From Verrucomicrobiota bacterium (GTDB lineage: Bacteria; Verrucomicrobiota; Verrucomicrobiia; Limisphaerales; AAA164-E04), in contig CP170459.1 in NCBI GenBank assembly GCA_047947115.1, forward strand, positions 5,504,001-5,568,000: a DNA stretch of 64,000 nucleotides, in the 5' to 3' direction. Below the pieces are notes generated by a model that was given only the letters and a program-made list of their open reading frames with translations, searched no databases and was not told the DNA's origin. The position numbers and the translations under genes are program-made. Below, piece by piece: positions 31,201 to 38,594 of this stretch (the first letter of the stretch is position 1; each line of letters begins with the position of its first letter).

Positions 31201-33582
31201 AAAAGTGCTTCCCAGATGTGCGGCATATCGCTGCGCCAACCTGTTGCGAAACGATGCATTATTCAGCAAGGCACCGACCAATGGGTAACCATCATCAATA
31301 TTGTCAATCAAAGACCGATCGACATTTTCCCTCCGAAAACCACGATCCAGATCAGGAATCACCCAATGCCATTTGCCTTCATCCGTACGTTCTCTCCAAA
31401 ATTCCCGGTTATGTCTCCAGCTGGAATTGTATACAAAATCTTCAAAGACAATGTAATCACACAGGCTGTCCAAATCGATTTGAGAAGCCACTGTATGAAA
31501 CGCATCGGGATCCGTCAGGTCGCTGGACACAGCCAATTGTTCCAGTTCCAAATACGCGTCCGTATCGCCTTCGATCGGCAACAAAGCCACAGCGTTTCCA
31601 ATGACATGGGCATACTCCAAGTAATCGTATGCCCCGACATTAAGGTGGTGGTGCGTCTGAAACCACACTTCATCCAGGCGCTCGCGTAGGTTGTAGATCC
31701 CCCAGTATTCGCCGTTGAGATACATCACGCAGGGCCGGTAGTTCTGCACATCGCAGTGACTCTGCCCCTCTAAAATGAATGGCGTCATCGCATCTCGCAG
31801 CATGGCATTGGGCCAATTGTCACCACCGTTGCGAAACACAAACTGCCCGAACAACGCCTGGCGTTCGTTGTCAAACAAGGGGTATTGAACCAAATCATCC
31901 CCATATTTGCCTCGCATCGAAATCGTCAGCGGTTTCTGGGCAAATCGCCAGATGTTTTCACCGGCAATCTTGGCACCCGCGTTCACACTGAAAGCAAGCC
32001 GTCGATCCTCTCCGAAATAATCCAAATGAATGGGTGCTTCCCGCCCCTTGATGATGTTGCGATAAATACCGATGGAACTGTCAAAAAACACATCCGGTTC
32101 CACCACCAGGGAAACAACCGGCAAGGCGTGCTTCGAAACACCAAACAGGTAACTATATGTTTGAACCGCTCCCGACAATTTACCAATTTCCAGACTCCGC
32201 ACACGAAGGATGGTGGTGTCAGTGACTTCAATCGGCCCCTGATACAAGGGCGATTGACTTCCAGGTACTGAACCATCCAAGGTGTAATGGATGTCACCCG
32301 GAACCGCACTGCTCAACACCACCTGAAAAGGAACCTCATAATAGCCGCTCGCATGAGAGACAAGCACCGGTGCGGAAGGTGCGAGGGTCTCCACCTGGTC
32401 TGGACCATTACTCGCACCAGGTGTCGGTTCGGCATAATATCCCCATCGGCCGGGCTGAAGAGGGTCTCGTCCATAAGAAACATCAGGATACTGCTGATCA
32501 AAATAAACTTCATCGACTAACTCAACTTCCCCCAAGGTCAACACTCCTTTCATTTCCAACTGCCAACGAATATCGCTGCTGGTTCCACTGATCTGGTGAA
32601 TTTCCGCAGCCAGCAGGTTGTTACCCTCACGAAGCAGGTGAACCGGAATTTCAAAGGTCAAAAAAGACCGCTCATCCCCCAGCCGGCTGGCTTGGGTTTC
32701 ATATTCCACCGGCCCCGTCGGAAGATTGACCCTGAATACCTCCTCGCCATTGAGATAAACGATGGCACCATCATCCACGACCGCTCGGCAGGTGATGGCA
32801 CTCAAAGAATCAACCCCACGCACATCAAAAAAATGCCGGAAATAATAAGTAGGAATCTTGTTTCTTGACGAAACCCCATAGTCCACGACAGTCGCCTCAT
32901 CGTTATGCCCATATCCCAAGGGCGCTTCGCCGCTTCTCCAATCACGATCATCCCATCCTTCTTCTATCCAACTCACCCCTAAATTCTGACCCAAGTCATG
33001 ATAGCTCCAAATTGCATCCAGTGGAATAAGCGTCGAATCAGAGACTCCACCGGAAACTCGATACAAACCAACGGATTCTGCCTCTGCACTTAATTTGAAA
33101 TTGGTATGCAAATGCTGCACCGTAAAATCGTCCCATGGCGAATATTCCCGCACTGAAACATCACCGGGAACAGCGTCAAAACCATCGGCACGAACGACCA
33201 GATACGATTTGGCTGCGATCACCGCTTCCTCCGGAAAACTCCACTTAACCGGAGCCTCGGGATTGTCAGATAAAAAATACCCTCTCAGTTGGATCGCCTC
33301 ATTGCCTGGATTGTACAACTCGATCCAGTCAGAATAATCATCAAAGTCATGATTATCTGGAAAAACACTGATATTAGATGCCAGCAATTCATTGATGAGA
33401 AGATCAGCAGACTCCTGCGCGGTTGCCAACTGCATCAGGGCCACCAGCCCAGCACATAAAATCAGAACCTTTTTGAAGATTTGAATGGAGACATGATTCG
33501 GCAGGATGGCAAATAAGCAATCCCTGCCACCTTGAATGAATCGTCGGCACGCATTCTTTCCGGTAATCATTATTGATTTCAT
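28225..33582 (-). CDS. Large secreted lamin-tail-domain / CotH-kinase / beta-helix protein
   Basis: Three LTD-like segments (INELLA..DWIELYN, INEIMA..DWIELLN, ISEIMYHP); CotH core YLNGEYWGIYNLRE..DLDRGF; DGID beta-helix repeats. Confidence 0.88.
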   Translation of the reverse strand: MKSIMITGKNACRRFIQGGRDCLFAILPNHVSIQIFKKVLILCAGLVALMQLATAQESADLLINELLASNISVFPDNHDFDDYSDWIELYNPGNEAIQLRGYFLSDNPEAPVKWSFPEEAVIAAKSYLVVRADGFDAVPGDVSVREYSPWDDFTVQHLHTNFKLSAEAESVGLYRVSGGVSDSTLIPLDAIWSYHDLGQNLGVSWIEEGWDDRDWRSGEAPLGYGHNDEATVVDYGVSSRNKIPTYYFRHFFDVRGVDSLSAITCRAVVDDGAIVYLNGEEVFRVNLPTGPVEYETQASRLGDERSFLTFEIPVHLLREGNNLLAAEIHQISGTSSDIRWQLEMKGVLTLGEVELVDEVYFDQQYPDVSYGRDPLQPGRWGYYAEPTPGASNGPDQVETLAPSAPVLVSHASGYYEVPFQVVLSSAVPGDIHYTLDGSVPGSQSPLYQGPIEVTDTTILRVRSLEIGKLSGAVQTYSYLFGVSKHALPVVSLVVEPDVFFDSSIGIYRNIIKGREAPIHLDYFGEDRRLAFSVNAGAKIAGENIWRFAQKPLTISMRGKYGDDLVQYPLFDNERQALFGQFVFRNGGDNWPNAMLRDAMTPFILEGQSHCDVQNYRPCVMYLNGEYWGIYNLRERLDEVWFQTHHHLNVGAYDYLEYAHVIGNAVALLPIEGDTDAYLELEQLAVSSDLTDPDAFHTVASQIDLDSLCDYIVFEDFVYNSSWRHNREFWRERTDEGKWHWVIPDLDRGFRRENVDRSLIDNIDDGYPLVGALLNNASFRNRLAQRYAAHLGSTFHPDRIRDILHQLDVPLAGDIEQHIARWRKDGGIQSLETRSSELDEILEFSRNRAPHARRGMSDHLGMGDTAIIQIKVVPPEAGRVTVCGVPALPDYNMAFELFRNVPAELEAQSAAGYRFVGWEETGSSEAEQSFVVDVARNWTALFERSDETMLPERLDELLVLDAAHSPYIVPRSLAVERGGQLIVEAGVEIRMAPQADLMVRGQLDIRGEAERPVLIHARNGITQWGSIVFEQAEGVQHVSHLILRNGGLGPDPVRHRGAISNMDSELVIDHLDLESSTTIFALGGRTTLMDSRIHSPHTGDGINVKRGWGNVEVCVFLGNTSADTDAIDFDGVVGGVIRGNRIYAFRGPNSDGIDVGEQCVDLLVEGNLIYNNSDKGISVGQGSLVNIRENLIVGCVLGVGIKDTGSEAHLIHNTFVDNETAVAVYEKNLLHGGGSVWVDSCIIVGSGTRPVTVDSLSTADTVYTLFDPVMFEGIGNFIADPGFVDPASYNFQLKSGSLALDRGNPLLGRDLDGTLPDVGAHYQFQESDYPYIPPHQIVINEIMAHSHGEEPDWIELLNQGTQPVDIGGWYLSDDEEQPRKFQIPDGTILEGGAFAVFYEDVHFGVSASHPGKRIAFALSENGETVSLFAPGDGLYLDYLEKEIFGPSASGVSRGRYEKNGSGLVNFVPMTIPTPGKINSPPLVGPIVISEIMYHPESNAKAEYLELTNISPEPVTFWEEDAGEPWRFTDGIDMIFSIEAPLTMSPGERIILALDPDVFAAVYQVPDGTRVLPWSAGALSNGGEKLELSRPGDVDAQGERQYIRIDRVVYGDGGLWPDSADGGGFSLHKRNIYSYGNDASEWFAARPNPGVSIQDFEGVLSAFEQWSEQWEVPLDASVYSLDPDQDGRNHFEEFAQQTNPWVSDEAPAPIIRVTQQTILLRFPVSPNLDARSWTIEYATDLLGTDWQVWPSVRVQEGNQAWIQVEARIGAKTGFFTLKINFPEDTQP

Positions 33583-33831
33583 TTATAAAGGACGCACTAC
33601 CGCCCCACCGGAAAGTCAGCATTGAATATGCCAATATTAAAAAACATCGATGAAAACTTCTCATGATACAGACCTCATTCTCATGAAATAAATGCGCTGA
33701 GATGGCAAGTATTTCCCCAACACAAAGGGCGAAGCCATGGTGAATATCAATCGACACCCATCCCAGTGACTGATTAATCAACCAGAGCGTACAGGCTGTT
33801 TGACAGCCTCATTTACTCCAGAGAGATTCAA

Positions 33832-35148
33832 ATGCAGAATCAGCAGTTGAACACTCGTGCAACCGGCGGTAGGTTTAACGGCGTGAAAGGACTTCAATCA
33901 AGTTTCATACTTGCCCTAAGCATCGCTGCCTCAGTGTCCATTACACTCCATGCATCAGACCCTGAGATGAAAACAAGCGACAAACCACCCGCCAAAAGTA
34001 TTGAAAAAGCCATCCAGGCGAAAGAAGCACTTTTTGCGACTCTCTCCGGCAGACTCAAAGAGGTCATGGCAGCGGATGGCCCGGTGGCTGCCATTGATGT
34101 CTGCAGTAACGAAGCGGCCAGCATAACCCAATCCGTTGGCAACTCGATGGGATTAAAAATTGGACGCACCGCACTAAGACAAAGAAACCCAAAGAATCAA
34201 GCTCCTGAATGGGCCAAACCATTTCTCGAACAAACAACTCAGAAACCCGTGTTTACGAGATTGCCTGACGATCGAACAGGAGCACTGTTCCCAATCAAAC
34301 TCAAAGCGCAATGCCTCATTTGCCATGGAGAATCCATGTTCATTCCCCAAAACGTCCAACAAGCTCTCAAACAAAATTATCCGCAAGACAGGGCAATCGG
34401 TTTCAAGGTAGATGATCTGCGGGGATGGTTCTGGGTAGAAGTTAATGATGAAGACTCACGCCAAACAAAGGACCAAAGCAACACCTGGTTTCAATACGGG
34501 GAGATGCACCGCGTTATCGGACAAAAGGATCACAAAGGCCGCGTGCGTCTTGGAGATTTAACCAAACAGGCCAACATTTATGCTGTCGGAGCGATGGAAG
34601 GATTGCACGGAGAAGTCACCATTCTCGACTCTGTCCCCTATGTAACCACTCGTCATTCAGACAATAACTTGAGTACAAATCCAATCACCACAGATTCAGA
34701 AGCAACGTTGCTGATGGGGGCATCTGTGAGTGCCTGGGAAGACACCCCTTTTGAATCAACTCTTGGGCCGGACAAATGGGAATCCCATCTGGAACAAACC
34801 GCTCGAGCCAATCATCTCGATACCGACTCCCCTATCCTATTTCGGATGAGTGGACATTTCAGGGACACCGCCGTCCATGTCATCAATGGAGCTTGCCCCA
34901 TCCACGCCCAACTCCACGCCGAAGAACTTGCCCCCGATGAAAAACCGCACCAGCAAACCTTCGACACCATTCAGGGCACCATCGTAGGAGTCTTCGCCAA
35001 GGCTTCCAGTGGACGTTTGACTCATCCGGGAACTTCGGTTCATGCCCACCTGATCTACCAGTCGCCTGAAACAGGAGAATGGCTAACGGGACACATCGAG
35101 CAGACGTCTATCATGAAAGGTAGTACTCTGAGTTTGCCGAAACTGTAA
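33832..35148 (+). CDS. DUF3365 c-type cytochrome fused to an acetolactate-decarboxylase-like domain
   Basis: RNPKN..CLICHG..YPQDRAIGF..LRG (DUF3365); GLHGEVTILD, GTIVG, HAH, GH in the C-terminal half. Confidence 0.75.
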   Translation: MQNQQLNTRATGGRFNGVKGLQSSFILALSIAASVSITLHASDPEMKTSDKPPAKSIEKAIQAKEALFATLSGRLKEVMAADGPVAAIDVCSNEAASITQSVGNSMGLKIGRTALRQRNPKNQAPEWAKPFLEQTTQKPVFTRLPDDRTGALFPIKLKAQCLICHGESMFIPQNVQQALKQNYPQDRAIGFKVDDLRGWFWVEVNDEDSRQTKDQSNTWFQYGEMHRVIGQKDHKGRVRLGDLTKQANIYAVGAMEGLHGEVTILDSVPYVTTRHSDNNLSTNPITTDSEATLLMGASVSAWEDTPFESTLGPDKWESHLEQTARANHLDTDSPILFRMSGHFRDTAVHVINGACPIHAQLHAEELAPDEKPHQQTFDTIQGTIVGVFAKASSGRLTHPGTSVHAHLIYQSPETGEWLTGHIEQTSIMKGSTLSLPKL

Positions 35149-35171
35149 TCATTCAGTTGAGAATCGGCAGA

Positions 35172-35897
35172 TCAAAATTCCCCAACCTGCAACTGCATCA
35201 GATCAACTGCCTGCAATTCCTGAAAAAGTGAATGCTCGGAATACATTTCCATGAGCGCTCCCTTCCTTAAACTTTGCATGGTCTGATCACGCCACTCTCG
35301 CTCAGCGGGTGAAAGACGTTTTCCACCTTCGGCTAACACTTCCAAAACCGCGATTTCTTCAGGCAGGGGTTGGTCGGCTATCTGGAGAGTCAACTGATCG
35401 ATTTGCAACTGCAAGCGACGATCCAACTCCTCACGATCAGCATCCGTCAAAGATGCTTCAAACCTATCCAACCGTTCACGCATCAAGTCAATTTTCATCG
35501 ACACTAGATCCCCTTCGCTTACATCATCAAACCCGGATGAAGCGATCGGGGCAGAGTCCTCGGTCATTTCCCAATCAGGCGATTGAGTTTGCGTTGGTAG
35601 TTCCTCCTGTTGTGGGGCTGCTTCGATCAAATGATCCTCCCCGGAGATAACTCCAGGATCCATCGATTGTAACATGTGGATCACTTGACGGTTTATTCTT
35701 GCCTGTTCCACCAGCACATCCTTCACCCTGTTACCAAAAGCCTCCTGCTGCTCGGAGGGCATTTGGAGTGAATAATCGGGAGAGCCAGTCTGAATGGCTC
35801 GCAAATCATTCACCAATCGAAATTGAGAAAAAGCCACAGCAAACAGCGCAGAAAAGGTCATCCAGTGGAAAAAAGTATCAAAAGGTCGATTCTTCAT
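35172..35897 (-). CDS. Membrane-anchored hypothetical protein, paralog family 2 (C3)
   Basis: RFEASLT..ELDRR..QL..LSP..R..ALMEMY. Confidence 0.78.
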   Translation of the reverse strand: MKNRPFDTFFHWMTFSALFAVAFSQFRLVNDLRAIQTGSPDYSLQMPSEQQEAFGNRVKDVLVEQARINRQVIHMLQSMDPGVISGEDHLIEAAPQQEELPTQTQSPDWEMTEDSAPIASSGFDDVSEGDLVSMKIDLMRERLDRFEASLTDADREELDRRLQLQIDQLTLQIADQPLPEEIAVLEVLAEGGKRLSPAEREWRDQTMQSLRKGALMEMYSEHSLFQELQAVDLMQLQVGEF

Positions 35898-35918
35898 TAT
35901 TGTCTTAGATCAGTTTGT

Positions 35919-36566
35919 TCATGGGGTCACAAGACCGGTAAAAGCTTCGTGCATTTCGATCAATGAAATGCGTTTAAAATTCTCAAAAATTCCATTTCTC
36001 AGTTTTTGCTGCCTGGGCGTTAGAGTAGACTCCTGAGCCGAAAGAAAAGCCACATCCTCAGGTTGGGGCATCCCAAGTCCTTCAAAGCCAGGAATCGTTC
36101 CGGTTGCAAGTTGTTGAATCCGGGTCTCTACCCGGTATTGCAGCTCTTCCCTGCCTTTTTCGGTCAATGAAGCCTCGAACCGCTTCAATTGTTCATCGAA
36201 TAATAAATCTTCATCAAGTCTGCCTACGTCATTGAAAGGAACAATCCAGGCATCCTCTGCTCTAGCCGGATAACTCTCACGATTATTTGAATCATTACCG
36301 GCTTCGCCTGTTCCATGTTGATGGTAACCATTTCCAGTCTCCTGACCTTGAAATCTACCCCGCACTGCGCCAAGGGTGGAATCAAGCTGACGCTGTTCTG
36401 TCACTAGCGATTCCAACATCGAAAGAACATCTCCTTCCCCGCTCTTCGGTATGGGCCACTCACTGTGATTGCCTCGGAACGACATCTCCTTAAACGAAGA
36501 TGCAGTAAGGTATTGGAACAGAACCAACAGCATAACAAAACCAGTCAAAGTAATTTTATCGTACAT
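35919..36566 (-). CDS. Membrane-anchored hypothetical protein, paralog family 2 (C2)
   Basis: EQLKRFEASLT..GTIPGFEGLG..LTPR..SLIEMH. Confidence 0.8.
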   Translation of the reverse strand: MYDKITLTGFVMLLVLFQYLTASSFKEMSFRGNHSEWPIPKSGEGDVLSMLESLVTEQRQLDSTLGAVRGRFQGQETGNGYHQHGTGEAGNDSNNRESYPARAEDAWIVPFNDVGRLDEDLLFDEQLKRFEASLTEKGREELQYRVETRIQQLATGTIPGFEGLGMPQPEDVAFLSAQESTLTPRQQKLRNGIFENFKRISLIEMHEAFTGLVTP

Positions 36567-36568
36567 TT

Positions 36569-37270
36569 TTATTTCCAGTATGAAAAACGATCTTCAAACA
36601 AGCCGATGTATTCGGCATGCATCTCCATGAGAGATAATTGTTTCGTTCTCCTAAGAATTCGTTCTCTGATCTCTCTTTTCCTTGGAGAAAGTGTTTTCGA
36701 ATCTGCTGTTAACAAGACGCTCCCTTTCCGCTTGCGCTGCCCTATCCCTTCAAAACCAGGAACTGTGCCGTTTTCCAGTTGTTTAAGTTTAAAAGCGATT
36801 CTACTTTCCAATTCGACATGTCCCATATCCGTCAAAGAGGTTTCAAATCGTTTCAGTTGCTCCCGAAAAATCTCCTCATTATTGTAGTCCAGATTCTCAC
36901 TGGTATAATCAGCCCAAAGTCGCTGGTATCGAATAGGAGGCTGAGGGTTGTCGTTCAACACTTTTTCTTTTTGCCAACTATCAGATTGAACCTCAACCTG
37001 TTCATTAGCTCGTTCCACTTTCTCTTGATGGTGGTTAGTATCTGAAAAACAACATTCCAGTGATTCCTGGTGATTGGTGTTTGCCCTTGTGTGTGAGTTC
37101 ATGTCGTCAGAACCAACCAAAAATTCGTTTTCAGCAAGAAAGGTGTTCACACGTGTCGATATGATTGGCAGTCTTGAAATCTGGGAATCAATAAAGCCAA
37201 CAAAAGACAGTGAGAACACCAGAATATACCATATTCCTTTTACGTTCATTGAAAACCTATCTATTCGCAA
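36569..37270 (-). CDS. Membrane-anchored hypothetical protein, paralog family 2 (C1)
   Basis: EQLKRFETSLT..GTVPGFEGIG..LSPR..SLMEMH. Confidence 0.8.
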   Translation of the reverse strand: MRIDRFSMNVKGIWYILVFSLSFVGFIDSQISRLPIISTRVNTFLAENEFLVGSDDMNSHTRANTNHQESLECCFSDTNHHQEKVERANEQVEVQSDSWQKEKVLNDNPQPPIRYQRLWADYTSENLDYNNEEIFREQLKRFETSLTDMGHVELESRIAFKLKQLENGTVPGFEGIGQRKRKGSVLLTADSKTLSPRKREIRERILRRTKQLSLMEMHAEYIGLFEDRFSYWK

Positions 37271-37797
37271 CCTCCATAAAGCATTAGGTAAAACCGTATA
37301 AGAGCATCCGCTTCTTCCCTTGCCTTTCTCATACTGTTCTCACGACGATTGTGGCAATCTTGGATGTCAAGCTCCCAATCAGCTCGACACCACGCTCCAC
37401 AATCCGCGGGATCAAAATCAACCACACACGGTAGCAGGCACCAGGCCAGTGACGAATTGGCGGAAGCAACGCAGGTAGCTTGAAAGGCATAAGCGCTGAC
37501 CAATTTGAGTCTCAAAGCAATGCAGAGTTGGGAGTATTCGGATTGGAATCGATTGTAATCCGTGTTGGCGTTGCTGGGTTCGACCAAATTGGAGGCATAC
37601 CAAAAATCATCGGACCACCCGCCAGCACCCGAACTGAAATATCGCCCACTGATGGTTTGACACGCGTAATAAGGAACTTCGCCCGCCCCTGGCGCCGGCG
37701 CGGGGGGAGGAGGATTATCTGCCGATTGGGAACCTGCGGAATGGGTAATCAGCATGGCTGACAGAATGGTGCAGCATTTCTTAACAAGATGATTCAT
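37261..37797 (-). CDS. Secreted Cys-rich hypothetical protein (cassette C lead)
   Basis: Signal-like N-terminus from ATG 37797, PPPPAPAP linker, symmetric Cys pattern. Confidence 0.72.
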   Translation of the reverse strand: MNHLVKKCCTILSAMLITHSAGSQSADNPPPPAPAPGAGEVPYYACQTISGRYFSSGAGGWSDDFWYASNLVEPSNANTDYNRFQSEYSQLCIALRLKLVSAYAFQATCVASANSSLAWCLLPCVVDFDPADCGAWCRADWELDIQDCHNRRENSMRKAREEADALIRFYLMLYGGCE

Positions 37798-38227
37798 CGT
37801 ATTCGTACAAATAAGATTTAGATTTGTGATTTTATTAAGCACAGTCCGCTCTTATGAATAAGGCGCACTGGAAACTCATCCGAAGAGATGACACTGATGG
37901 AGGAACAGACACTTGCCACCACCTCTTTCGAGTGAGTTGAAAGACAAACGAAACCAGCCTTTCAAATGAAGCGGACACACAATTCGTTCAACTTTATGGA
38001 AAAGTCAACTCAAAAAAGGATATTTAATTAACTTTTTATTTTACACATCTACCTCCTATCCAACATAAAGCGTAATATGTCGCATTTTAATACCTAATGT
38101 CGTTTTTCAAGATAACATATCGCACTTTAAGCCAGGAAAAGGCTTCATTAAAAAAACCAACAAAGAGTTTCCCGCCACACCTCCGCCACGCAGGTAGGCG
38201 ATCCAATCAACCTGACGATCTACCATC

Positions 38228-38410
38228 AGGCAGGACGTACCGTCCCCGACGCGTCACCTTGTGGCACATGATATCTCGAAGATCTCCGTTTCGGGAAAAC
38301 ATCAGCATTCGAAAGCCTCTACTCCGAACCGCAGGCCTTTGAGTTCAAATCAAGATCCTGATTAAACCCACGGCGCCAAACAGGTAGCATGTCCGTCCCC
38401 GACGCGCCCT
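38228..38410 (+). repeat. Two direct copies of a REP-like motif
   Basis: CAGGCAGGACGTACCGTCCCCGACGCGTC (about 38228) and CAGGTAGCATGTCCGTCCCCGACGCGCC (38381). Confidence 0.55.
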
Positions 38411-38594
38411 TATGGCATCCAAACTGGCCATTGTTTTAAAAGGGAAAAACCAACTGCATCCAACACCCAACAATCGCATCGTTGAAGCTCCCGTATGAGT
38501 CTGGATCCACTCACCCGCAAACACTCTACCAGCGATGCAATAAGCCTCATTCAATAGCTTGTCAGGGGTTTCTTATTCGTACATATTCGTAAGC

